From positions 33,020 to 97,019 of IMG/VR virus record IMGVR_UViG_3300049563_000052: a stretch of 64,000 nucleotides of DNA; one strand, 5' to 3'. The position numbers and the translations under genes are program-made. The number at the start of each line of letters is the position of its first letter. Within the stretch, counting starts at the first letter, position 1. The notes under the pieces are model-generated. The model was not told the DNA's origin and did no database searches. It worked only from the letters and a program-made list of their open reading frames with translations. Positions 1 through 7,917 of this stretch are shown here, in pieces. The DNA comes from a virus. Lineage: Duplodnaviria > Caudoviricetes.

Positions 1-184
1 CCGTCGGCTCATCCGGGCGTAGCCCGCGCAGCCGCGCCACCAGCGGGCTAAGCGCTCGCGCGGTGTCCGCGTCCACCGTCGACCCCTCTTGCAGCTTCGC
101 GTCCAGGGCGTCCAGCTCGCCTGCCACCTCATCGATCGCCGCCGTCAGCGCCGTGAGCTGCGCCTGGGTCTGCTCACCAACCAT
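1..184 (-). CDS. Hypothetical coiled-coil protein, partial (runs off the left edge; alternative GTG start near 247)
   Basis: Manual translation MVGEQTQAQLTALTAAIDEVAGELDALDAKLQEG...; GGAGG RBS upstream. Confidence 0.6.
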   Translation of the reverse strand, partial: MVGEQTQAQLTALTAAIDEVAGELDALDAKLQEGSTVDADTARALSPLVARLRGLRPDEPT

Positions 185-342
185 CAAGATCCTCCGTATC
201 CGGCCGGGCATGGCCAGCAGATCATCGAGCCACTGCCCCGGGGTCACGGGGGATCATCCTGGCATCCGAACGGGTGAAATCCGCGGCGACATCCGGAAAA
301 AACGGGGGGTAGTCGCATCCGGCGCACCTATAGCTCCGATAG

Positions 343-582
343 CTATAACGAACCGTCCGCGTCCACAGAGCTGCCCACAGCTGGGGACGCGACCAGTGCC
401 CGCATCCGGTCCCCGACCCGGTCGGCGGTCGGGCGGTCCAACCCGAGCGCGAGCAGCCCGGCCAGCATGCCCAGCTCGAACGTTTCCGCCAGCGCCTCCG
501 CGGCGCGCAGCTGCCCGCACGCCGGGCACCGCTGCGCGTCACGCGTGACGTCACGCGGGACATCACGGGGGACGTCAGTCAC
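343..582 (-). CDS. Hypothetical protein with N-terminal DV(P/T)R repeats and CxxC
   Basis: ORF 343..642, probable GTG start at 582; 12-bp tandem repeats at about 535-580. Confidence 0.45.
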   Translation of the reverse strand: MTDVPRDVPRDVTRDAQRCPACGQLRAAEALAETFELGMLAGLLALGLDRPTADRVGDRMRALVASPAVGSSVDADGSL

Positions 583-679
583 CGGCGCACCGCCAGCAGC
601 AGCGACACCCCGAACCACGCCCCGCCGACCAGCACACACCACATGACGACGTCACCCGCCGACCCGCCGATGATCGGCG

Positions 680-874
680 TCACCGGCGACGCCCGCGCGC
701 CTTCCGGGTGCGGGCCGCCTTGCGGGACATCGCCGACCGCTGCCCGTGGGTGCGGCCCCCGTTGGCGATCCGCGCCGCCTGCTGCTTGGTCATGCCGTGA
801 CGGCGCAGCGCTCGATACACCTTCTGCCTGGACGCGTAAACGAACCCGTACTTGCCGCCTCGGCTGGAGACCAT
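680..874 (-). CDS. Small basic protein (YxALRRxGxxKxxAARIxN motif; DUF7218-like)
   Basis: MVSSRGGKYGFVYASRQKVYRALRRHGMTKQQAARIANG...; GGAGG RBS; paralogous to 880..1020. Confidence 0.7.
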   Translation of the reverse strand: MVSSRGGKYGFVYASRQKVYRALRRHGMTKQQAARIANGGRTHGQRSAMSRKAARTRKARGRRR

Positions 875-879
875 GATCG

Positions 880-1020
880 CTACTTCCTCCGACGGCGGCG
901 GGTCTTCTTGGCTGCCGCGTTCGAGATCCGCGCCGCGCTGCTCTTGGAGTGGCCCTTGCGGCGAAGAGCCTCGTACATGCGGGGCCGCTTCAGTGATCGT
1001 TTCCACTTCGTGCCGGGCAT
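880..1020 (-). CDS. 46-aa basic protein, paralog of 680..874 (not in the ORF track)
   Basis: Manual translation MPGTKWKRSLKRPRMYEALRRKGHSKSSAARISNAAAKKTRRRRRK*. Confidence 0.7.
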   Translation of the reverse strand: MPGTKWKRSLKRPRMYEALRRKGHSKSSAARISNAAAKKTRRRRRK

Positions 1021-1099
1021 GGCGTCATGGTGACACGGGCTGACCGCCTACCGATTGCACCGTGCCAACGCCCGGCGCTCACTCGTACGGTGGGCGCTC

Positions 1100-1312
1100 G
1101 TGACCCAGACCCCGTCGCAGACCACCCGTCCCGCGTCCCGCCGTGAAGGCAACGGACGCCTCGCCGCACTCGACGAGATCATCGACAACGTGTTCGACCT
1201 GTACGCGCGGGCGCTCGACACCCAGCGGCAGATCGCCAAGTCGATGCTCGACGTGTTCGCGCCGATGTACTCGGTGGTCGAGGAAGCTCAGCGACTGGTC
1301 CGCGAACGCTGA
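1100..1312 (+). CDS. Small helical hypothetical protein
   Basis: LDEIIDNVFDLYARALDTQRQIAKSMLDVF amphipathic helix; TACGGT -10 at 1086-1091 suggests a leaderless GTG start. Confidence 0.65.
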   Translation: MTQTPSQTTRPASRREGNGRLAALDEIIDNVFDLYARALDTQRQIAKSMLDVFAPMYSVVEEAQRLVRER

Positions 1313-1370
1313 CACCCCCCTCGGCCGAGCTGAGCACCCGGCCGAGAAGTAGCCCACCCGGCCGAGTAGA

Positions 1371-1404
1371 CGCCGGGCCGTCCCTCCCTCGGGGCGGCCC
1401 GGCG
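1371..1404. terminator. Bidirectional terminator hairpin between convergent genes
   Basis: CGCCGGGCCGTCC...GGGCGGCCCGGCG stem followed shortly by TTTT. Confidence 0.6.
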
Positions 1405-1413
1405 GTGTCGTTT

Positions 1414-1803
1414 TCAGCCTCGTGGGCCGTTGTGCGGGCGCTGCCCGCCGAGCAGCAACCTGTACGCGGCCTGTCCGTCCTCCGACTGCGCCCACTCGTC
1501 CGCTTCCGCCTTGGTGGCGTCGAACTCGCCGTCCTTGGCCGCCTGCGCCACCGCCATGCCGCGCTGTTTCAGCGCGGCATGGTCCTGCACCTGCACCACG
1601 CGCAGGATGTCGGCGAGCAACCTGCTGATGTTCATGCCGTCGTCGACGTCGGGCGGGCAGCGAAAGTCGTCGTAGTGACACGCCTCCGCGTAGTTGGCGA
1701 CCTGCCCGAACGCCGGGCCGAGCTCGCCGAGCACCCGGGCCAGATACACGCTGGTGCGTTCGCCGTCGCGGCGCCGCTCCCACCAGTAGGCCGTGTCGGT
1801 CAC
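1414..1803 (-). CDS. Hypothetical phage protein (HYDDF motif)
   Basis: 129-aa ORF with GGAGG RBS and protein-like composition. Confidence 0.7.
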   Translation of the reverse strand: MTDTAYWWERRRDGERTSVYLARVLGELGPAFGQVANYAEACHYDDFRCPPDVDDGMNISRLLADILRVVQVQDHAALKQRGMAVAQAAKDGEFDATKAEADEWAQSEDGQAAYRLLLGGQRPHNGPRG

Positions 1804-1850
1804 CGCGTCAGCCTCCGCTCCGCGCGCTCAGTTGCGTCCATCACGATGCC

Positions 1851-1874
1851 GTATGCGCGCCCGGCGCGCATACT
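1851..1874 (+). promoter_or_regulatory. Operator palindrome overlapping a leaderless promoter (-10 CATACT)
   Basis: GTATGCGCGCC-C-GGCGCGCATAC perfect 11+11 inverted repeat; CATACT 1869-1874 lies 6 nt before ATG 1881. Confidence 0.7.
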
Positions 1875-1880
1875 TGAGTC

Positions 1881-2270
1881 ATGTTCGTCGTTCGGGCCCT
1901 CGTCCAGATCGTCCTCACCGTTGTCGTCGCCACCGCCACGTTCACCGCCGGGATCTTCATCCTCGGCGCCCTCAACATCATCCACCCGGCCACCGCCGCC
2001 GCCGCCCCGGCTGCCCCGGTTGCCGCCGCCCCGGCCTGCTCGGCGCCCACCGCTGAGGCGGGCATGCACTTCGACGACTGCGCCAAGCTGGACGGCGCCA
2101 ACATCGACGACCTGCGCACCGCCGAGGATGACCCGGCCTGGGATTGCCGCACCATGGGCGACCACGTGTGCGGCCCGGACAACAGCCAGGGTGTTGAGGC
2201 CGGGGTGTACTCGCACAACGTGCGCTACATGACCTGGGAGCAGGCGCAGGCGCATCGCGAACTGTCCTGA
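1881..2270 (+). CDS. Membrane-anchored or secreted actinophage protein (EDDPxWDCxTMGxxxCGP motif)
   Basis: N-terminal hydrophobic segment, Ala/Pro linker, Cys motif recurrent in actinophage membrane proteins. Confidence 0.75.
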   Translation: MFVVRALVQIVLTVVVATATFTAGIFILGALNIIHPATAAAAPAAPVAAAPACSAPTAEAGMHFDDCAKLDGANIDDLRTAEDDPAWDCRTMGDHVCGPDNSQGVEAGVYSHNVRYMTWEQAQAHRELS

Positions 2271-2280
2271 TCGGAGCTAC

Positions 2281-2311
2281 GGCCCCGGCCCCTTCCGCGG
2301 GGGTCGGGGCC
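2281..2311. terminator. Terminator hairpin
   Basis: GGCCCCGGCCCC...GGGGTCGGGGCC directly after the stop at 2270. Confidence 0.55.
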
Positions 2312-2444
2312 GCGGCGTCTTCCCGGTCCACCGGCCCGCTCATCATTGACGGAAGCGCGCGGCCGGTGGATTCCCAAGGTTGCCCCTGATCTGGAGGCGA
2401 TGCCCAATTTATCAGGGGGATGAGCGCCCGCCGGGCTCGCTCGG

Positions 2445-2615
2445 CTAGTCCCGCCGCGGTTGCACGGGCCCGCCGCAGTAGCCGCACATCCCGAGCCGTT
2501 GCCCGGGCCGCGGGTAGATGGCGTCACCGCAACACGGGGATCGCTTGGGGAAGTCCTCCCACCCCAGCGTGGGGCGGACCGTGAGCCGGAACACCGGCCG
2601 CGCTGAGCGCGCCAT
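2445..2615 (-). CDS. Small Cys-rich (Zn-ribbon-like) protein
   Basis: SPCCGD...MCGYCGGP; ATG at 2615. Confidence 0.5.
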   Translation of the reverse strand: MARSARPVFRLTVRPTLGWEDFPKRSPCCGDAIYPRPGQRLGMCGYCGGPVQPRRD

Positions 2616-2623
2616 GGCCCGTC

Positions 2624-2914
2624 CTAGTCCCCGCGTGACACCAGCCGCGGCGTGTAATAGCGGTTCAGGAATGCGTCCCCGACGGGCATCGGCTCGTCGG
2701 GGACGCTCGTGTAATAGCGCTCCGAGTCGGGGACCAGGTGTGCCCAGGACCGGGTGCCGTAGTGCTCGGCCATCACGCAGGTGATCCACTGCTGGGCGTC
2801 GATCATGGCCTGGCGGCCGGGTGCGCCGGGCTGCATCGCGGCCGCCATCCGGTCCAGGCACCGCCAGCACGCGACCAGTTCCGCCAGCGGCGGCTTGTCG
2901 TCGAGGTCGGTCAC
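2624..2914 (-). CDS. Hypothetical protein
   Basis: GTG start overlapping the upstream stop; internal RYYT duplication. Confidence 0.6.
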   Translation of the reverse strand: MTDLDDKPPLAELVACWRCLDRMAAAMQPGAPGRQAMIDAQQWITCVMAEHYGTRSWAHLVPDSERYYTSVPDEPMPVGDAFLNRYYTPRLVSRGD

Positions 2915-3279
2915 GATCCCTCCGGCGGTGCGGACGAGGTGATCTGGTCGGCGTCCATCGCGAGCCGCAGCAGCCGCGCCGCCAGCGACCGCGCCTCGTT
3001 CGGGGTGAGGGCCAGATACGGATCGCCGAGCACGGTCAGGGATACCCACACCGGCACCTGCTTACCGTCGTCGGTGCGCCGGCCGCCGCGCTGATCCAGC
3101 CCGGTCTCGATGTCGTCGGGGAAGGTGCCGGTCATGAACATCCTCGTGATCTCTGGGGTGACGATCATGGGGTCGGACACGTACCGCGTTTGGCCGTCCT
3201 CGTCGGTCTCGGCGCGCAGCGGGATGAACGTCCCACCCGGCCCGGTCACGCTGACCTGCGGGTGCAGCGGATCGGTCAC
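2911..3279 (-). CDS. Hypothetical protein (C-terminal LTPNEARSLAARLL motif)
   Basis: GTGA-coupled start; motif common in actinophage small proteins. Confidence 0.65.
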   Translation of the reverse strand: MTDPLHPQVSVTGPGGTFIPLRAETDEDGQTRYVSDPMIVTPEITRMFMTGTFPDDIETGLDQRGGRRTDDGKQVPVWVSLTVLGDPYLALTPNEARSLAARLLRLAMDADQITSSAPPEGS

Positions 3280-3605
3280 AGCGCCTCCAACGCGTCGTAC
3301 AGATCGCCGGGCCAGCCGAAGCCCTGCGGCAGGTCGGTCGCCTCCGATGCGCGGGCCCACGCCTCCCGCACCGCCTCCACCCGCCGCTCCAAGGCGGGCA
3401 GGTCGTTGTCTGCGGCGAGGGCTTCGATGTCGGCGTCGAGTACCCGGTAGCAGTAGCCGGACACCAGCCGCATCGCCTCGACCACCGACGCGTTCGCGCC
3501 GGTGCCCCACCCGAAATCGTCGGCGAGCGCGCGCAGCGTGCGGAAGGTGACGATCAGATCGGCGACGTCGATGTAGTTGGGGCTGCCCTGTTCGGGGGCT
3601 GTCAT
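3276..3605 (-). CDS. Hypothetical protein
   Basis: 109-aa ORF coupled to its neighbours. Confidence 0.65.
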   Translation of the reverse strand: MTAPEQGSPNYIDVADLIVTFRTLRALADDFGWGTGANASVVEAMRLVSGYCYRVLDADIEALAADNDLPALERRVEAVREAWARASEATDLPQGFGWPGDLYDALEAL

Positions 3606-3808
3606 GACGTGACCCGCTCGACGTCCACGGGCCCGCCCGCCTCGTAGTGCGCGATCGAGTCCCGCAGCGCGTTGACCGCCGCCATGATGCCGGGGCTGAA
3701 CGGGTCACCGACGGGCAGCGCCCGCACTCGGGCCTCCATCCAGTCGGCCTGCTTGGTCAGCTCGTCGATCCGAGCGGCCCGGTCGACCGCTTCATCGCCT
3801 CCTGCCAC
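3602..3808 (-). CDS. Hypothetical protein, first gene of the leftward operon
   Basis: GGAGGAG RBS before GTG 3808; TACGAT -10 at 3847-3852 next to an operator half-site. Confidence 0.6.
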   Translation of the reverse strand: MAGGDEAVDRAARIDELTKQADWMEARVRALPVGDPFSPGIMAAVNALRDSIAHYEAGGPVDVERVTS

Positions 3809-4180
3809 GGCGTGTATCTCCTCCCGGCGCGCGTGTATCTCCGGGCATCGTATGCGCGCCAGGCGTGCCGTTTTCACGGGGGCTCGGCGACACCCCGGCA
3901 CCCTGCCAGGCCCGATCGCAGTGTCAACACCGTCTTGACAGCCAGGCGTGTATCTCCAGACTCCGCGGGTGCACACCCCGGCCGCACCCGTTTTAGCGGG
4001 GGCTCGCACCACAGGGCGTGTATCTCCGCCCTGGCGTGTATCTCAAGGGCCTCTTACCAGGACTGCCCCCCACCGGGCCATGCCCCCGCCCCCCATGATC
4101 CCCACCCGAGACCACACCCCCACGTGCGCACACCCGTGTGCGTCACACGTGTATCGAGAGCAAGGTCAGCAGAGATACAC
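3809..4180. repeat. Cluster of GCGTGTATCTC direct repeats plus two CCGTTTTnnCGGGGGCTCG repeats
   Basis: Copies at about 3809, 3830, 3945, 4015 and 4033; partial at 4148; inverted at 4172-4180; second motif at 3868-3886 and 3988-4006. Confidence 0.85.
3922..3940. promoter_or_regulatory. TGTCAA-N7-TTGACA inverted repeat (copy 1)
   Basis: TGTCAACACCGTCTTGACA; its reverse complement matches 48218-48236 at 17/19 positions. Confidence 0.5.
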
Positions 4181-4211
4181 CTATCCTCAGCACCATGATC
4201 AGTAGCAAGCC

Positions 4212-4547
4212 ATGGTGTTGTCACTGTTGTCGCTGACCATGTTGTCGTCGTCGACTGAGCAGTTCGTGCGACCCACTGGCCATCGCTGGCGCAAAGCTGT
4301 TGCGGCTGTGCGCAAACGCAGGCCAATGATCTGCACGCTGTGCGCACAGCCCATCGATCTGTCGCTTGCCTACCCTGACCCTTGGTCCTTCAGCGTGGAT
4401 CACACGGTAGCGATAGCCGAAGGTGGAGACCCGTACGAGCCGAAGAACCTCGAACCAGCTCATCTGATTCACAACATCCAGAAGTCCACACGATCACACT
4501 GGTCTGCGATCGACGCCAGCGCATGGATCGCCGACGAAGACCCCTGA
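4212..4547 (+). CDS. HNH endonuclease (terminase-associated type)
   Basis: CxxC...SVDH...GG...NLEPAHLIHN motif; lies just upstream of the packaging genes. Confidence 0.9.
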   Translation: MVLSLLSLTMLSSSTEQFVRPTGHRWRKAVAAVRKRRPMICTLCAQPIDLSLAYPDPWSFSVDHTVAIAEGGDPYEPKNLEPAHLIHNIQKSTRSHWSAIDASAWIADEDP

Positions 4548-4552
4548 CCACA

Positions 4553-4712
4553 GAGGATCACCGAACATCATCGGTGAAGGATCTTCAAAGGATCACACAA
4601 GGATCATCGCGACCACGTTTGTGCAGGTCAAGCGGGCATAGGGGGGGTACCCGGCCAGTTAGATCATGGCAGACCCGGTGACCCGCTCCGTGCCCGTTTG
4701 TCTCCCCCCGCG
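4553..4712. other. Probable cos/packaging-initiation region
   Basis: Non-coding stretch after HNH with 11-bp-phased AAGGATC repeats, a G-run (GGGGGGGTACCC) and a TCTCCCCCCG tract; HNH plus HK97-type head suggests cos packaging (inference). Confidence 0.4.
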
Positions 4713-4796
4713 ATGCCCCACAGTCGTGATCTTCGGCTGGTGGCTGGTGCGGCGTGTCGGCGCTGGTCTGCGCGATGCCGGTGTCACGGTGTGCCG

Positions 4797-5549
4797 GTGA
4801 CACAGACGCTTCCGCGGCGTACCGAGTACATGCGCGTCGATGAGATGCACGAGGCGGACATCAACCCGAAGGGCCACGACGAGCGCCGCATCAAGCTGTC
4901 CATCGAGCGGTGGGGGTTCCTGGAGCAGCCGGTGCTGGATGAGCGCACCGGCAAGCTCGTGCACGGGCATGGTCGTCTGCACCAGCTGGTCTCCATGCTC
5001 GGCGAGGGGCAGGACCCGCCGGACGGGATCACCACCGACAAGCAGGGGCACTGGTTGTGGCCGGTGACGCGGGGCTGGTCGTCGCGCAGTGACGAGGAGG
5101 CGTTGCAGGTCGGGGTGGCGCTCAACCGGCTGACCGAAGTCGGCGGCTGGGCGGATCTGGAGGGCCTGACGGGGATCTTGGACGCCGCCAACGACCTCGA
5201 CCCGGCGCTGCTGGACGTGATCGGCTACTCCAGCGACGAGCTGGATGATCTGCACGCCACGTTGGAGGAGACGGGCGGGGTGGCGGATCCGCAGGCCCGG
5301 ACGCGGGACGGGATCCCGGAGCGGCTGGACGCGTACGAGCACGCAGGCACCCACACGATCATCTTGGTGTACTCGAACACGGTCTTCGGCTGGGCGATCG
5401 ACAAGCTGGGTCTGGTCGCCGAGCAGCGCGGTTTCGACTCCAACGCCGAGGTGGTGTTGGCGCTGCTGAGCGAGGCGGTCGGGGAGTCGCCGCCGCCGGG
5501 CAGCGCGCTCGACGGGGGAGGTGACGCGGATGCCGGTTCGGCTGCGTGA
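4797..5549 (+). CDS. ParB/Srx N-terminal domain protein associated with DNA modification
   Basis: NPKGHD...SIERWGFLEQPVLDERTGKLVHGHGRL...ALNRLTEVGGW ParB-like motifs. Confidence 0.85.
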   Translation: MTQTLPRRTEYMRVDEMHEADINPKGHDERRIKLSIERWGFLEQPVLDERTGKLVHGHGRLHQLVSMLGEGQDPPDGITTDKQGHWLWPVTRGWSSRSDEEALQVGVALNRLTEVGGWADLEGLTGILDAANDLDPALLDVIGYSSDELDDLHATLEETGGVADPQARTRDGIPERLDAYEHAGTHTIILVYSNTVFGWAIDKLGLVAEQRGFDSNAEVVLALLSEAVGESPPPGSALDGGGDADAGSAA

Positions 5550-6519
5550 GATCCGGGCGCGGCGGCGGCTGACCCCCAAGCAGGCGTCGGAGTTGGTGGG
5601 GCTGACGGCCCCGGCGTACGACCCGACGTTCACCGATGCGGTGCTGGTGCGGGACGCAGGCTCCGGCGCCCCGCAGCTGATCTACACCCCGATCGAGGGT
5701 GGGGTCGGGGACCTGCGGCGGGCGGTGTTGGGCATCGACAAGTGGAACCCGGTGCAGCGGGCCAGCGGCATGTACGGGGACTCCCGCACGTTCGGGTCCT
5801 ATCCGCGGCGGCCGATCTACGGCCGGGAGGGCTGCACCCCGACGCAGCTGTCCACAGAGAACCCGCAGCTGCACGGGGTGCTGCTGCGCTATGCCAACGA
5901 TCTGAGCGCGTCGCTGGCGGAGTGGGTGCCGTCAGTGTTCGCACAGGGCATCGCGGAGGTCACCCCGGTCAAGGCGGAGTGGCGGCTGGGCGAAACCACC
6001 TGGACCTCCGGCGTGATCAACAATTCGACGGTGCTGCCGTACCACCGCGACGCCGGGAACTTCCGGGCCTGGTCGGCGATGCCCGTCATCCGCAGGCAGA
6101 TGGCGGGCGGGGCGCTGCACCTGCCGGAGTACGACCTGACCGTGCCGTGCCGGGACGGGTGGTGTGTGCTGTTCCCCGGGTATGAGCTGGTGCACGGGGT
6201 CACCCCGATGCGGCTGCGGCAGCGCGACGGCTACCGGTTCAGCGTGGTGTTCTATGCGCTGCGCGGCATGCGGGACTGCGCCACCGTGGCGCTGGAGACC
6301 GCACGCGCCCGGGAGATGCGCACCCAGCGGGAGCGCAGCATCGCGGCCCGGCTGGTCACCGGGGAGCCCGCCGACATCCGGGATTACCGCACCGCCGGGG
6401 CCGTCTCTGCCGCCCACGGCCGCGATCCGCGCGTCGCGAAGAAGGCATCCGGGCGGCTGATCGGCGGCCGGGACACCCGCAGCATGCGCCCGGACCCGCC
6501 GCGGGTGGGTGATCGGTGA
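5530..6519 (+). CDS. TET/JBP-family 2OG-Fe(II) dioxygenase (5-methylpyrimidine oxygenase)
   Basis: TSGVINN...YHRDAGN (HxD), LVHGVTP (distal His), RFSVVFY (2OG-binding Arg); GGGGGAGG RBS. Confidence 0.88.
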   Translation: MPVRLREIRARRRLTPKQASELVGLTAPAYDPTFTDAVLVRDAGSGAPQLIYTPIEGGVGDLRRAVLGIDKWNPVQRASGMYGDSRTFGSYPRRPIYGREGCTPTQLSTENPQLHGVLLRYANDLSASLAEWVPSVFAQGIAEVTPVKAEWRLGETTWTSGVINNSTVLPYHRDAGNFRAWSAMPVIRRQMAGGALHLPEYDLTVPCRDGWCVLFPGYELVHGVTPMRLRQRDGYRFSVVFYALRGMRDCATVALETARAREMRTQRERSIAARLVTGEPADIRDYRTAGAVSAAHGRDPRVAKKASGRLIGGRDTRSMRPDPPRVGDR

Positions 6520-7352
6520 TGCCGCGTGGACGTCCCCGCGAATACCAAGTGGCGGTGCCGTCGTTCCGGCGGGCGGACAGCCTCAGCGCGCGGGCGCTGC
6601 CGTGGCTGCTGGGGTCGGGGGTGCGGCCGAGCCGCATCACCGTGTTCACCCATGACCATGACGAGCAGCTGGACGCCTACCGCGCGCTGACCACGTCGGC
6701 CGGGGTGGAGTTGGTGACCACGGACCGGCGCGGCATTACCGCTCAGCGGGAGGCCATCATCGGCGCCTACCCGCCGGGGACACCGCTGGTGTGCGTCGAC
6801 GACGACGTGACCGGCATCGAGGAGGCCCTGGACAAGAAACGGCTGCGGCCCGTCGCCGACGTCGACGCCCTGTTCACCACGATGTTCACGGAGTGCTTCG
6901 CCCGGGACCTGTGGGTGTGGGGGCTGGCGCCGGTGGTGAACGCGTTCTACCTGACCCCGGGCCGGCTGTCCGAAGGACTCAAGTTCCTGATCTTCACGGT
7001 GTTCGGATGTTTCACCCGACCGGGGCATCCGGTACACCGGTTCACCGTGCCTTACAAAGACGAGCACGAGCTGAGCCTGCGGGCGTGGTGGTGGGACGGT
7101 GCGGTGCTGCGGCATGACGGGATGGCCGCCCGCGCGAACTTCTACACGCTGCCCGGCGGCTGCCAAGGCCAACGCACCCCGGCCGCGGTGGCGGAGTCGG
7201 TGGCGAGCCTGCGGCAGCAGTGGCCGGGGCTGATCCGGCTCAACACCCGCAAACGGGACACCGGCTACACGGAGATCACGCTCGCGGCCAAGCCCCGCCA
7301 TGGCGGGCACCCGGCCACGGTCGGGCCGCCGGGACAGCGGAGGTCGGCGTGA
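6516..7352 (+). CDS. TET-associated glycosyltransferase (TAGT/GREB1-like, GT-A fold)
   Basis: VAVPSFRRA N-terminus, GITAQR, VCVDDDV (DxD), KDEHELSL; coupled to the TET gene. Confidence 0.85.
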   Translation: MMPRGRPREYQVAVPSFRRADSLSARALPWLLGSGVRPSRITVFTHDHDEQLDAYRALTTSAGVELVTTDRRGITAQREAIIGAYPPGTPLVCVDDDVTGIEEALDKKRLRPVADVDALFTTMFTECFARDLWVWGLAPVVNAFYLTPGRLSEGLKFLIFTVFGCFTRPGHPVHRFTVPYKDEHELSLRAWWWDGAVLRHDGMAARANFYTLPGGCQGQRTPAAVAESVASLRQQWPGLIRLNTRKRDTGYTEITLAAKPRHGGHPATVGPPGQRRSA

Positions 7353-7708
7353 ACGCCCGGCACGTCGAGCTCACCTGGGAGTACACCCGCTGGACGGGCG
7401 AGGCCCTGGAGCAGGCCATTCCCGGGGAAGCCTGCCGGTACTCCGCGACCGTGACCATGCACCCGGCCGCGCCGCCGCCCGGGGTGGTGGTGTTGGTGTG
7501 GGTGTTGGTGCCGTCGCTGGCCCGGCTGGGCAGCTACGTCGCCGGGGCGCACATGGTGCCGATCGAGGCGGTCACCGAAGAGACGGTCAAGGACGCCACC
7601 CGCACCGCGGTCGGGCATGCCCTGCAAGGCCGCACCGAACAGCTCAAGGCCCTGAACGGCGGCCCGGGTGGGATGGCGTTCCCGCCGCTGGATTGGAAGC
7701 CGGAATGA
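7349..7708 (+). CDS. Hypothetical protein
   Basis: GTGA-coupled start with GGAGG RBS. Confidence 0.6.
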   Translation: MNARHVELTWEYTRWTGEALEQAIPGEACRYSATVTMHPAAPPPGVVVLVWVLVPSLARLGSYVAGAHMVPIEAVTEETVKDATRTAVGHALQGRTEQLKALNGGPGGMAFPPLDWKPE

Positions 7709-7917
7709 CGGACCGGGTCTTCCACGCCGCGCAGGTGCGGCGCGGGCAGCGGGTGCTGATCACCACCACGGATGCGCCGGAGATGGCGCAGGACCGGGCG
7801 GAGATCGTGGAGATGTTGCAGCAGCGGTTCCCGGGGGTGGAGTTCACGCTGCTGTGCGGCGTGAGCGGGCTGGTGGTGACCAGCAAGGAAGACGGCACCC
7901 CCGGGCGGCGGGCGTAG
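7705..7917 (+). CDS. Hypothetical protein
   Basis: ATGA-coupled; MTDRVFHAAQVRRGQRVLITTT... Confidence 0.55.
   Translation: MTDRVFHAAQVRRGQRVLITTTDAPEMAQDRAEIVEMLQQRFPGVEFTLLCGVSGLVVTSKEDGTPGRRA

Noticed and set aside
3809-4180. Possible CRISPR or mini-array
   Set aside because: Repeats are only 11-13 bp with irregular spacing, and no cas genes are present
4797-5549. ParABS partition system
   Set aside because: No ParA and no canonical parS; the context matches modification-associated ParB-like genes
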